Below, piece after piece: positions 24,445 to 36,976 of a stretch of DNA of 57,358 bases (the stretch's first letter is position 1; every line of letters begins with the position of its first letter). The stretch spans positions 983,584 through 1,040,941 of the forward strand of contig NW_014577067.1 in NCBI RefSeq assembly GCF_000485595.1. The letters are read 5' to 3'. Made by a program: the position numbers and the translations under genes. Origin of the DNA: Priapulus caudatus. Lineage: Eukaryota. The notes below the pieces were generated by a model. It had not been told where the DNA came from, did no database searches, and saw only the letters and a program-made list of their open reading frames with translations.

Positions 24445-25275
24445 AATAGAATCATATTGGTTATCCTATATTAACCCATATTGTACTCGTGTTAAATCTA
24501 TATTGTACAGCTATATATTGTAAGCCCATGATTTAACAATGACGTTCCCTGCGCTGACACGATAGCAGATAGTCAGGTGTGTATTGTAGGGACGTAGTTT
24601 GTATGTAATAATTACATGTAATGTACATGTAATTGTATGTAATGTTACAGCATGAGCATGCCCAGTATCTGCTACGAGAAATTTTCTTGAATTAGGCCTA
24701 TTTTATATTAATAAATCAATTTGATTAATAGAAAAATAAAGAAAGAAAATTAAATATAATGAATGAGCATATTAATCGCGAAGTAGTCACGTGAAGAAAG
24801 AAATTGAGGTGGGGGAGGAAGAGGAGGAGAATGGGGACAGGAGGAGAGGAGGGCAGGGGGAGTGGCGCAGAAAAGGTGAAGAGTGAAGGAAGGGGTGGAT
24901 GATAGTTGTGTGATGAAAAATGTAGGAGAGGTGGAGGAGGTCAGCGATTGAGGGGAACATAACAAAAGGCAGAGATCTCTGTAAAATAGTCCGGCGTTCA
25001 TAACTTCCCCATAGTCTCCATAGTTGTGCATCTTCAACATAGAACGAAGAAATTGAAGAAATTAAATATCTTAATTGTAGGTGTTTTTATTGCATTTTGT
25101 GTGTGGCTAGCATTCGAGTTACCACGAAAACAGGCGTTAAAAAACCAATCAGGTTTAACAAGCTTTAGCAAGTAAAACAGAGAACATGTTAACTCTTTCT
25201 AATTAAATTAATACTATATTTTCGGAAAGTAAACACAGTAAAATAAAAGCAAACACATTGGTATCTTACAAACAG

Positions 25276-25281
25276 TTTATT
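25276..25281 (-). terminator. Candidate polyadenylation signal AATAAA for the septin transcript
   Basis: Minus-strand AATAAA followed by GU/U-rich sequence (tgtgtttgcttttattttactgtgttt), at the end of a ~4-kb stretch downstream of the septin stop with no recognised TE. Confidence 0.35.
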
Positions 25282-28200
25282 AACATTACTGTTATTATAC
25301 TTAATGCATACAGAAAGCATTTAAGATAGAACTCGGCTTTTATTATCAACGGTTACAGATTCCGTATTTATTTTAATGCATTTAATTTGAACTCTTCCTG
25401 ACCCTGGCACTGATGGCCCCTCAATGTTCGCCTCGTAAGTAGTAATGCAAACACTAAACCGATAACAACAATTTAAGCACGGCGATTCAAGTCTGTTCCG
25501 CAAAGATGACATTCTCTCGTTCTGATGACGACGCAACAAAAGAGCTCAGAATCGCGCGCGACTGGAATGACAATTAGCAACGCCATGCTTAATTAGGCAT
25601 TACGCTGTCTGTTAAGTGTCACGGCAGCACTCTCCGTCATCACACGAAATGGGATTTCCAGAAAACTGCCGTCGGATATTTCGCGTACGGACGCAATAGA
25701 TGTTAGCGTAATAGGAACTAGTTTGTCAACAACAGCATACATGACGAGTAAAAGGAAGAAAGAACCGCATAAAGAAGACACACGCACAACATCTGCTATT
25801 TTACACATGTCAAACATATCGAGTCTACATATAAACAATAATCTAAAAACTTGTCGTGACGGCGAGCATTCGAACTAGAATTTACAAGACGACGATGATC
25901 GACAGACGAAATCTTTCACACATATTCAATGGATAAAGGAATTTCCAGAACGAATGCATATATAATATAACGATAGGGCTCGAAAGCCCGGACACATTAC
26001 ATCTTATCCGGAGGACGCAATTGCGCATTTCATTCTCACGAATATAGAACACCAAGTGAAACACAAATGGCTTTACTGGATTGAAAACCATTCCGTAAAC
26101 TGACACGCACGGTTACATAACGCCATCTTTATATATCAGAATTGACCTAGGTGTCTGGGCGAGATAACCACAGGCGCTTGGAGATTTTTTAGAACGCCAC
26201 CATCGCAACGCTAATTGGCTAAACTGTCGATGGACCCCAGACAGATACGTCAACTCAGAAACCCGTGCAGTGAAACCAATGCGCGTGTACACAGCAGGCA
26301 TGCTCTGTCAGGTGAATGGTTACACAAAAGCACCGCAATGACTCTAATGCGTGTCTCATCGGGGCACCCGGAATTCTGAGAGAGATAGCGCTGGTATACA
26401 CGCTCGTGGAGAACATTAGTCTTACATCCACGCAGCATCCGCTCCTCATCCCAAATTCGAAGCTAATTGAAGTTTCACGGGGCGTGCAAGCGCCGGCCGT
26501 GTGCATCTTTGCAGGCAGCCGTATGCAACGACGCAGCAATGTACAGTACATAGAAAACAGCGGCATCTCCGGGGTGTTTAAAAAAGAGCAAATCGTATTG
26601 CACTCTTATCCTCCTACTACTATCACTACTCCTACAACTACTACAGCCTAGCGTTGATAAGCACTAGGAATGGATAATCACACGTACATCTGAAGAAATG
26701 AATCGTTGAAACACGCGCGAGGGAAGAAGAGCAGAATGCGCACCCTCCTCACGCCAAATCATCGGCGAATCGAATGCTTGCGTCCTGCGGTGTTCTCTTT
26801 CGGCGACCGGCACAGCGTTGGCACTAGAGGATATGTGTCTCTCCCGGAATTGGCTTGTGTTTGGCCAGCAGGTGGCGTGTCCATAGCGAACAACGTATCA
26901 CGGCAACAGGCAGTGATAACAAGCTCATAGCTTCCGCCCACGCCCGCACAACAACCGATTGCTCGAACGCGTCATAGCGGGACTGCTTGTGGGCGAAAAT
27001 TCACGGGAGAAGTAAATGAATGAGAAAAGCCGAACACTCCAGCGAAGCAGACCGATTAGATGAAACCGATTCGCAAAGCAATTTGCTTAAAACTAGTGGG
27101 GAAGGGGCCGTGCACACACAGGAACATGCTGTGAGGGACACTACCTACATTCCCGCGGCACGCGACAGGAACATCAATGAATTGGCATGCAGTGCAATGT
27201 TGGTTGTGATTAATACTGCTAACTACATCTTATAATCAGTGAACTCACGTCTGCCTACAATTACCGTCAATGGGAAATAAATACAAAAAAACGTTCACTT
27301 AAATAGCAAAAAAACACTGATCATACCATACATATTGCCAAAAATTGATTATACACACTGACGAGAAGGAAACATGACAACAAATTAACTTATGTTAAGA
27401 ACGCATCAACTAGACTCTTGGTCGAAAACACGTACAGCGACGTTCATGAAAGAAAGCAGTAACGCGCGTCTATAACTAAGCGCCGACGTCTGCTCGCTTG
27501 TAATCAAGTATAAATGCAAAAGCACCGATCAAATTCCATTCAGTTTTCTCGCCAATTTCCGAATTCCACGCTAATTAATGCACCCATCACTGCGAGTAAC
27601 GCACGCGTCCAGCACGTAAATCTGTCACATTCACTCCCGCAACCACGCCGCGCTTTGAAGCACGGAAACTAAAACCACAGCACATCTCTGAGCAGCGTGC
27701 GTATCAATCAAAGTCAGTCACATGCAGCTGTTAAAACTCTCTAAAGTTGACGTTCTACGCTACGTAGACGTCAAAATGTGGCGGTTCCGTGCTGGACACG
27801 TGCGTTCGTACATACAATGCTGAGGACCAACAGATGTGAGTAGAGGGGCCGATGAGACAATCATACGTAGACGATTTTAGAATGTGTTCTCACGCAAGTA
27901 AGCTAGATGGCGCCACGATACATCTGTTAGTTTGTTAACCAGCCTATATTTACAGCAGAGAGTGAGAGCTCGGTGCAATTGTGGTCTACATCTAAATACT
28001 GAGCCCAAGTGAAGTACGCTGGTTGTTCCAAAGAATTCGATTACAAGACTCGATATCACGAACGTACACAAATTTTTGTTTAAAAAGCCAGCAGGGTAGG
28101 GTGTATCTGTTAAAAACGAAATAACAATGAATGGTTCTTTGGAACAACCAGAGCAAAGAATGGAAGCCATCACCACTATGTACAATCCACAGCCGACAGA

Positions 28201-29382
28201 CGCCAGCATTACTGCTGGTCTGAAGTTCTACTGTCTGCTCGGTGTGGCTCTTATATAACCGGCATTCATTCTGCATGGGGCAGAGAAAGAAGGAAGCATG
28301 CTCTCTCGCTATTTCTCTATCTTCCGATTAATTCAAACTTCCAGCTCTCAGCTCAATATGTCATGCAACTTCCACTCTACAAATGCTCTCCTTAGGTGAC
28401 CTACCCCACAAACCTCACTCGCCACTACACTATCGTTACGACTATTTACCGAAAACGAGAGAAGCAGGGTTTATGCGATGACGGGTGCAGCATATGGGTA
28501 GTTTCGATCACTGAACCCACGCGCCCTGTCATCGGCGAGAACGTATTAGGAAAAAGTATATATACACAAAGAGCAGAAACTACGTTGGCAGTACTTAACA
28601 GTGTGGTTCGTTGGTTAGGTCACCGCAGTAGAGTAAGAGCCTGTATGACAGCGCCAAGTGTTACCTGGCAGCTAGAGAGGCATATCTGCTGCCTGGCTGG
28701 CCTTACTGTTTCAGTTTCTTCATCGTTCCAAAAATCGACACCTTCCTACAAAGAAGCGAAATGGATACGACAATGTGAGGACCGAAATCAAAAAATAGCA
28801 TACACGGAATGGCTGGAAGATACACAAACGCGCACTATACGCTGAGCAAATAACAGAATGTGATCTATCATCGACTTGATCCATGCTGAAACTCAAAACT
28901 TGCCACTCAGCCATAAACGAAAACAAATCATACGAACGTCGGCAAAAATGATAGCCATGCTTTTGCAGTATACTAATGCGCAGGCAGAAACGCAGGTACA
29001 CCAACACTTGCATACGGCCAACCTGCAATGGAATGCGTGCTTTGTGTTCCCCTATATCTAGACCCCTTTCCCCCACCCCACCACGGAATGCTCCCTCAAC
29101 AAGCAGATTATAAAATGATATGACTTCAACTATTGCCCGTACTCACCCACTCTAGCACATGAGTATCTCTGCCTCACCACATTTACGCACATATTCGCAC
29201 ACACGCATGCACGTGTGCACACAATCACACACACGCACGTACGCACGCACGTACGCACACTGACGCACACACATACTCCATTACAGGTAAACAGTAAACA
29301 AGCACGGGTGACCTGCTTGTCTGATATACATAGACGCGAAAAGCGCAGTCGCTAGCACATCGTCACCGGGGCGATGGAAGAG

Positions 29383-29428
29383 TTAAAAGAAGCCCTTCTT
29401 CTTATCCTTTTTCTTGCCCTCGAGGCTT
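29383..29428 (-). CDS. SEPTIN7: Septin-7, terminal coding exon (SLEGKKKDKKKGFF*)
   Basis: Acceptor ttgtttcgtttcag; phase 2 matches exon 32676-32827; TAA at 29383-29385. Lys-rich tail ending in hydrophobic residues is typical of SEPT7/Pnut. Confidence 0.88.
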
Positions 29429-29491
29429 CTGAAACGAAACAAGAAGCCATGCAGCATTACACGGTCGGGGTGCGGCGTGGGAGAGACATAC

Positions 29492-29517
29492 TTAGCTGCT
29501 GAGACATCAACGATTGA
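29492..29517 (-). CDS. SEPTIN7: Candidate alternative septin micro-exon (26 nt, phase 0-2; SIVDVSAAK)
   Basis: Acceptor tattgtgtctacag, donor gtatgt; in frame only after a phase-0 exon such as 30816-30852. Confidence 0.45.
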
Positions 29518-30226
29518 CTGTAGACACAATACAGCACACGCAGACAGCTTGTAGACAAATACAACATGCAGCTACACCTTTCTCTATTCCCAACTACTTT
29601 ACTCCTATACCCGTACTATATATCTATTTACTAGGGATTATATTTCAATCTCAGATATTCTCTCGGGTGCCTAATAATATTATGTAACGTGAGTCAATTA
29701 TTAACAATGACTACAGCTACAGCTAGACACGCGACATTCCCAGATAACTAGATCCATGTTTCTGCAATTACTATTTTTTAATATATTATACATTTACATT
29801 CCCTGCCTGTTACAACCCTCGGCTACTGTGACTCTCTCCTAGGCTATGTCACCACTCTGTTCTCCCCAATGTAATGTCTCGAATGCAGAAAGATTTACTA
29901 GATGCACCGAACTCAACTGTTAAGTGTGACCTCTCCTCTCATGTCTCTATTACCCCTCATTCCCTAACCCCTGCTGCAAGTTGTACTTGAATATCCTATG
30001 TCTCACAACTAGCTGCACTCATTTATAACTTCCCGTTAATGTAGTCAAAGTATAATCTGTCTAGATATCACCCTACAATTAACAAGACGAGTATTAGTAG
30101 CATCATGCATAGCATCATGCAGATTGTCAAGGATCGATGCAATGAATTGAAGAATAGCTCTTGAAATATAGTCTGAAAATATCTGCACACATCAGTCAGT
30201 AAAACAGTAGATCTGCTAATCTTCAG

Positions 30227-30319
30227 GACCCGGTTTCACAGACGTGGATTAACTTTTAACTCAGAGTTAAGGAATTTAACACAGAGTTAAGAGTTAATCC
30301 ACAACTGTGGAACTGGGTC
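30227..30319. mobile_element. 93-bp Harbinger-like MITE with CAG TSD
   Basis: CAG|GACCCGGTTTCACAG...CTGTGGAACTGGGTC|CAG with internal TTAAC/GTTAA symmetry. Confidence 0.75.
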
Positions 30320-30815
30320 CAGGCTGAGGAATCCAGTCGGTTGCAGTCTAGAAAAGTGAAGTAATATATCAATGAAGTTCGATTGTTAGTGATTGAGGAA
30401 TAGTACAGGCAAAAAATCAAGAACAACACAAAGAAGAAAATGAGAAAAAATTGATACATCTTATAAAAACCATGAAAAAATAAAAACGAAAACCAAGTAA
30501 AAAATATCAGTGGATTAAATGTAACTGAATGCGTTTAAATGAATTCAATTTTCAAATAAATTACGAAAATGAATAAATGAAGTTAATAAGATAATATTAT
30601 TAATGCAAAAAATACGTTGTCACAACGGTTACAGTTAAATCGCCCTGTAAAGAGAAATACGCATATTTTGAATCGAACACCACCGTGTGGCCACCAGCCT
30701 ATAACAAATCACAGAAAACAGAAATGAGACGAATGTTGACAAACAGCGAAGCGATAGATCAGAGTAGAAATCAGGTGTGAAAGGGGCTTCTAATGAAGGA
30801 ATGCCAGTGCTTCAC

Positions 30816-30852
30816 TCCATGCTCTTTGCCTGGTAGTCCATAGTAAGAACAA
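30816..30852 (-). CDS. SEPTIN7: Candidate alternative septin mini-exon (37 nt, phase 2-0; CSYYGLPGKEHG)
   Basis: Acceptor gccctcacgcag, weaker donor gtgaag; completes an in-frame chain between 30971-31024 and 29492-29517. Confidence 0.35.
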
Positions 30853-30970
30853 CTGCGTGAGGGCTGGCAGAATTTGATACATCATGCGCGTGCTGCGTGT
30901 GATGCTCGAAAAACAGAAAACCCCTTTCACGAGCCCTAGCAGCAGATTTCTTCCAAGTGGTGACACCTAC

Positions 30971-31024
30971 CGACCAGGACCAGAGTGACCACCCCAAGTC
31001 GAATATTTGCCATTGCGGGCATTC
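30971..31024 (-). CDS. SEPTIN7: Candidate alternative septin exon (54 nt, phase 2-2; NARNGKYSTWGGHSGPGR)
   Basis: Strong acceptor taatatttccccacttttgtccgtgtacag, donor gtaggt; symmetrical and stop-free in the septin frame. Confidence 0.55.
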
Positions 31025-32001
31025 CTGTACACGGACAAAAGTGGGGAAATATTAATTACAATCACAGCTTGCGGTACATTGAAAACCCACACTAAAATAC
31101 GTGGCACAACTTAGAGAAAAACACATATTAAAAAATGACGAACACAGACACACTGCATAAAATACACGAAGAATCATTGCACCTTAGCGGACAATAGGCG
31201 ACATAATGTTCTTTGTGAGATGATATATGATCATCCCGAATCAAGCTACGCACGTAAGTTTATCTAAAAAAGAAGACACACACACGCCCAACCACCATCC
31301 AAGCACATAGACTGTGCCTGATGTTTGTTCATAGATCTTAAATGCCTTCATCAACGCAATTTCTGTTTGTACAGTAATAGCCCTCGTATAATCTTCTCAA
31401 TACTACTTCCGGCGATCTTTGTATCCTGAGAATTCGTGTAAACGCCCCATGTTCATGTGAAAAAAGTTGCTGTATTTTCCAAAGAGAAACCAAGTTAAAT
31501 TCGTTTCTATGTATTAGATCAGAACGAAATTCTGAATTTTCCCCCGAAATCAAGTTTGGGCCGCATTTTTGAAGATATTCATAGTTAGCGCAATGATATA
31601 ATTTGGCAGGCGCAGTCAGAGAACACAGAGCAACGGACGAGCGGGCTACGCAGCACGACTGCCATACCTTTCCAAACGTTTGCGACCTTTCAACCTCCTA
31701 CCATCCCTACAAAATCGTACAAAACGCCGATGAATTGTTGCCGGCTCGATCGGCACACCCCCCGAGGTTAGCAATTTCCCAACGAAGAAGTCATACTGCT
31801 GCTCTACACGCTTCAGAGACCAATGAAAGGATTGGGATGATCTGATTCGAACTTCGTGGTAATGATTTATGGTTCTTCCACGGATCTCGCAAACTAACCA
31901 CAAAAACCCCCATCCACCCATTATTTACAACCGCTAGCGTCTGATAGTAGCAGTTGAAGTGTGGTAGAACTTCTAAAGGCACCACATGAAGCCCCATCTA
32001 A

Positions 32002-32504
32002 AGCGGGAGACACACCATGCAAATTTATTCGCACGTCCGTAGCGATTGCAAAATCGCAGTGAAACTCGCATGGTGTGTCCGGTCAAGCGCGGGCAAATTT
32101 CGCTGCAAATTTCATCCGCACCGAAATTCGCAGCGATCAAACATGTTTGATATTTTCGCTGCGGACGTGCGAATATAGACTGGTACCCGTCCCTTCTCAC
32201 AAGCTCGATATAGGCCTATATCGAGCTTGTGAGAAGGGATGGGTACCAGTCTAGTGCGAATAATGGCCGATTGTTATAATGCAGCGAATCATTGATCAGT
32301 ATGCTAATCACGTGACCACATGACTGTTGGAGCCATGGTGGAGCCGTGTGGCGCCAGTAGATCGCGTGTAGTGTGTACGCTGCGGACGTGCGAATAAATT
32401 CGCATGGTGTGTCTGCTCAATTATCGCATGCGAGTGTGAATATTTTCGCTGCGGATATGATCGCTACGGACGTGCGAATAAATTCGCATGGTGCATCCCA
32501 GGCT
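32002..32504. mobile_element. PIF/Harbinger-like MITE with TAA TSD
   Basis: TAA|AGCGGGAGACACACCATGCAAATTTATTCGCACGTCCGTAGCGA ... TCGCTACGGACGTGCGAATAAATTCGCATGGTGCATCCCAGGCT|TAA. Confidence 0.75.
32176..32253. mobile_element. 78-bp loopless palindrome with 9-bp TSD (AcademH-like mini-element) nested in the Harbinger MITE
   Basis: Two 39-bp arms with one mismatch, TAGAC...GTCTA ends, GTGCGAATA duplicated at 32167-32175 and 32254-32262. Confidence 0.85.
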
Positions 32505-32675
32505 TAAAGAGCACCAGTCAAACACGGCTGAGAATAAACGCATTGATGCTGAGACGTGCACGAGTCGTCCGTATTAGTAAAGCGTGTGTAAAGAGACTGC
32601 TGTCGTAGGAGATAGGGCAAAGAGACGCAGATTCGACCCCATCGTCGTTCGAGCGAGCCACAGACGATTACTTAC

Positions 32676-32827
32676 TCCTTGGAGCCAGCCTCCAGGGACT
32701 TGGTGCGGCTGTCGATCTGCGTCGACTCGAATATCGACTTCTCGTTTTCGAACTGCCTTCTCTTCTCCTCCAGCTCCTTCTCCTGCTGCTCCAGCGACTT
32801 CTTCATCTGCTCGTGTCGCTTCTGCAA
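32676..32827 (-). CDS. SEPTIN7: Septin-7 exon, coiled coil (LQKRHEQMKKSLEQQEKELEEKRRQFENEK...GSKE)
   Basis: Acceptor gctcgcttgcag, donor gtaagt; 152 nt, phase 0-2. Confidence 0.92.
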
Positions 32828-33161
32828 CTGCAAGCGAGCAAAGCTTCGCGTCACAAACTGGTGACTGCTCAGAGACACTCGTTAAAGTCTATGCTGGCCG
32901 CCAGCACTGCATTTGTGGAGGTGAGCCTGAGGCCGAGTGGGAAGGCCAAGCAGCAGCAACACTGTCAGTGATTGTAAGCACATGGAAAAAATAATCTCGC
33001 TTTTTACTCTGGATCAGTCTAATGACTGATTACTCTTCAACAACTTCATCTGCGCTCAATAAGCCCCTCACCACACACCACCCACGGTCTGAAACATAGC
33101 CCAAGGTCAGATATTAGATAAAAGAAACATTCCTAACTTTGAGCGACTATACATCACGTAC

Positions 33162-33297
33162 GTCTGCCTCTGAATCCCTCAGCTGCAGCATCTTTTCCTT
33201 GACCTTCATTTCAAACACTTGCTCCATCTGTTGCTCGGTCTTCTTCATCTTGTCTAGCCGGTCCTTCTTCTCTTCAGCGATCTGCATCATCGGACTT
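33162..33297 (-). CDS. SEPTIN7: Septin-7 exon (SPMMQIAEEKK...EQVFEMKVKEKMLQLRDSEAD)
   Basis: Acceptor tgcattgcag, donor gtacgt; 136 nt, phase 2-0; SEPT7 signature MEQVFEMKVKEK. Confidence 0.95.
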
Positions 33298-33792
33298 CTG
33301 CAATGCAAATACGCCCGATTAGGAAACAATATAGGTATCAACATCACTATGAAAAACCGATCTTACTAACTTTATACGTTCATGGCATTACATAAGTAGC
33401 TAGTCGAATATACACGGTGTAGTCATATATCAGTATTGTAGTGGATCTGCATTCCATACAGACGATCCAAACCTTCAGGTCACACAAGGATCAATGCCCC
33501 CTCTTGACCTTAATTCAATGACACTCGCGTTTAAATTAAACAACAACAGAAATGCTCAATCAATTCATAATTTTTTTAACTAAATCAAAATCAGTTTCTC
33601 CCATAACTTTTGAGATGGTGATTTTGCATTCCTCGTTAAACCCAATGTATACCGTGACATATCAGAGAGAGAGAGAGAGAGGCCTAGACCAGCACTAGGT
33701 GTACACGCTAGTCCCACCAAGATGTGAAAGCACGGACAGATTCTCCCCCGGCTCATTTACCACGTCGAGCGCGCGCCGCGACCAGCACTCAC

Positions 33793-33958
33793 TTGTTGGG
33801 AATCTTGCCCGACTTTCCGTCGGACGTGATGCCGACGAGCTTTCGGCAGCGGAAGTTCTCGTAGTGGACATTGTTGGTGACGTCCTTGAGGTCCATCATG
33901 TGCGTACGCACGAGCATGTTTCGCAGAGGAATGAAATCACAGTGCTCCATGTTCTCAA
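33793..33958 (-). CDS. SEPTIN7: Septin-7 exon, septin unique element ([41 protein letters not shown]...)
   Basis: Acceptor ctccctctgcag, donor gtgagt; 166 nt, phase 1-2. Confidence 0.96.
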
Positions 33959-34314
33959 CTGCAGAGGGAGGAAGGAAGAGAGGGGAGGGAGGTTAAAATG
34001 GACGGCGTAACACGGCTGAGACGGGAACGGTGGACGACCGTCGATTACGACGAAATATGCGTCGAGGATGAACGCGATACCTTATTTTAAAATTCATTTT
34101 ATTTTATTTTATTTTAAATTTTTTTTATGAGTACAAGTATATTATCCTGTTAGCAGCAGTTATGACATCTGATATTGTTGCCATGGCCAAGCTGAAAAGT
34201 TGCTTGGATTGTCACTGGATTGCAGTAGGTAAAACAGACAACTAGCCTGCTGCCGGCCGACACAGGCTGCAAAACTAGGAGCTAAAAGCAAGGAATAGAT
34301 TATCATCAGCATAC

Positions 34315-34411
34315 CTTCGACAATTCCCCACGGATACCGTCGACCCCGCACCTTCTTGCCAGAGACCTCTATTACTGTATTGCTGCCAACGACGGCAAAT
34401 GGCACTCGCTC
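34315..34411 (-). CDS. SEPTIN7: Septin-7 exon ([32 protein letters not shown])
   Basis: Acceptor ttctctctctacag, donor gtatgc; 97 nt, phase 0-1. Confidence 0.96.
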
Positions 34412-35107
34412 CTGTAGAGAGAGAAAATGAGAGATAAAAATCACACGTTTTATTGCTGATCTGCCATTCACAACCAATTCTGGAAAGTAACAACAGGCTC
34501 AAAGTAAAACCGATCCCTCATGCAAGATAAATGACTTCAATAGTGCACAATTGCTCGACAAATCCATTTGAGGAGGAATTTCTGTTGGCCAAAATGGCTT
34601 GAGTTACAAGATTCACAAACCATCAAAACGGGAAGATTTTCTAAACGTCATTTGCAATTGCATGTGGTGAAATTGCCAACAGACTGAGATGGTTTCTGAC
34701 AAAATGTGTAACATCGATAATAATTTCATCTCACAATAGAGTGATTCATGCACTGGGTTATGTTTGGGAAATCGTCTGTGGTTGGAATAACTGTGGGTTA
34801 GCAAGACTAAACTTGGTAAACAATGACGGCAGTTTTATAATGCACTCTTGACTCTCTTACATATGTAAGGAACGAACTCATATACACCAACAGTTATTCC
34901 CTAATGGCACCATATTATATTTCAAGTAACGTAAAATTTTACTTGAAAATAAATATTTATGACTTTTGGCCATTTTTAAACATTGGATACTTAAAACTGA
35001 GTGCTAGTGTTGGAAAACCTAGAGCATATATTACAGTTTCCCTGAATACTGAAAACAGTGGTTAGGAAGACAATTGTATTCCTTATTACACAGTAGAGAC
35101 TGATCAC

Positions 35108-35200
35108 CTTGAGCGATTTGTTGGTCTTGTTCTCCTCTTCATCCTCTATGTCTGGGAAGTCGTAGATTTTAATTTTGTGTTGAGCAATCTCATTTAAGAT
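35108..35200 (-). CDS. SEPTIN7: Septin-7 exon (ILNEIAQHKIKIYDFPDIEDEEENKTNKSLK)
   Basis: Acceptor tttgactatttcag, donor gtgatc; 93 nt, phase 0-0. Not in the ORF track. Confidence 0.93.
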
Positions 35201-35719
35201 CTGAAATAGTCAAAATTCAAGAATTGAATGAAATACACTCCTTATATCTCATATCCAATTACTCAACTAGGTCATCCTTCAGGACGCCCCAATATATCAT
35301 ATCCAAATCATTTAAAAAATACTCAATTCATTGGGGTTTCCACCTTACCAGATAAACATGGTAAATTAAATCAATTAGATTACAGAGAATTAATCTTTTT
35401 TTTTTAAATGTTAGTTAGTAATCTTTCACTGAATACTCTAAGATCTAAGTTATGAACAATCTTATAGTATAAACCATATCAGCACGAGTATATAAACTAT
35501 GTTCAGCATAATTTTATGTATCCTTGATATCACACTTCATACACAGATTATGCGACTACTATTCCCAGCTCACCTATTCTACGGCAAGTTCCTCGCATGA
35601 TGTGTACACATATTCACTAGAAGCTATCGCCCTAGCACTCTCATTAGGCTTCAATGTTATTATTTGCATTACCTAAGCTCACGCATGTTGCTGTTGTTAT
35701 TACGTGGCACACTACTTAC

Positions 35720-35837
35720 TGTCTTCTTAAAGCTGGTGCACTCCTCTGGCGTCATCGTGTCAGCTTTCGCGATGACTGGAATGATGTTCACCTTGTCGTG
35801 CAGCTTCTTCATGAATTCGATGTCCAGAGGTTTCAAC
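35720..35837 (-). CDS. SEPTIN7: Septin-7 exon with G4 motif ([39 protein letters not shown])
   Basis: Acceptor ttgtgcggcag, donor gtaagt; 118 nt, phase 2-0; AKAD motif. Confidence 0.97.
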
Positions 35838-36116
35838 CTGCCGCACAACGTCACACGTCGGTTACCACCACCCTCGCTATTTGTAGATTGATCTCCTATC
35901 AATTCACTAGCTGCCCAACAGAATTAGCTGTCCAGTAGATATGTAACTTTATAGCTGGTCACTGTGAATGGACCTGGACTAAGTCTGATAAATATCTGAC
36001 ATTGTATAGATGGCAGCACATGTATGCAGTTTAGAGGGGCAACCATATTAAACTGCTTCTCGAAACCACCAGGGTCGTGAGAGGTGGGAGTGGGGAATTT
36101 CTCAGCGCAGACTTGC

Positions 36117-36251
36117 CCGTGTCCGTTGGGACTGATGAAGTAGAGGCAGCAGTGGACACGTGCGTCTGGCATCGTCTTGCGGTTAACGCGTGACTCGCCG
36201 TTCAGGTACTCCTCGTATCTCTGCTCGATGTAGTCGATGATCGTCTGCCAG
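36117..36251 (-). CDS. SEPTIN7: Septin-7 exon ([45 protein letters not shown]) with GC donor
   Basis: Acceptor gcctcgcag, non-canonical donor GG|gcaagt; 135 nt, phase 2-2. Confidence 0.94.
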
Positions 36252-36851
36252 CTGCGAGGCGCACATGAGAGAGGTTAGTTTACAGGTTCACGCTTCAAGG
36301 CTTCAGTTTGCAGGTGTAACTAGTGAGACTCTAGTAGCGTACCAAGTCACTTTATACAGAGATATCTCTTACATTACTCGATTTCATTAGAGAGATATCT
36401 ATATTTTGAGGCAAGTAAAAATATAAAGATATTTCTATCTATATAAATTCGGGGTGCAGCCAACTTATTTTGGTGGTGGTGGGGAGTGGATGGGTAGGGG
36501 GGTGGATGGGTAGGAGGGGAGGGGGGTGTGTGTGAGGGCCATGTTGCCACAAATGTGGGCAATTGACCGGCACAAGTGGTCGAGTGGTTATATTCCACTG
36601 TTCTTCGATTATGACTAGAACAGATGGTTTTCCCCCCCGAGTTTTCCTTTACGCTTCACTCTTTTCCAGAACTCGCTGCCAATTTAGACAAAAATTTAAT
36701 TTATTTTCTAACACATACATTATAACTATATTTATTTAAATAAATGTCATCTCTCATTCCATCTCCGACATCCCAGGCTTCTAGGTAGGTGGGCTGCTGT
36801 GTGTGTGTGTGTGTGTGGGGTGGGGGGTTCATTTCAGGGGGGTTTACTCAC

Positions 36852-36952
36852 CAATTGCTGTTGTCGACGGCATCACCGAAGCCAGGCGTGTCAACGACTT
36901 GCAGCTGCAGCTGCACTCCACTCTCCTTCAGTATCACATTGGTCGACTCCAC
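36852..36952 (-). CDS. SEPTIN7: Septin-7 exon with G3 motif ([34 protein letters not shown])
   Basis: Acceptor tgtatcccgcag, donor gtgagt; 101 nt, phase 0-2; DTPG motif. Confidence 0.97.
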
Positions 36953-36976
36953 CTGCGGGATACAGATGCAACTAGC

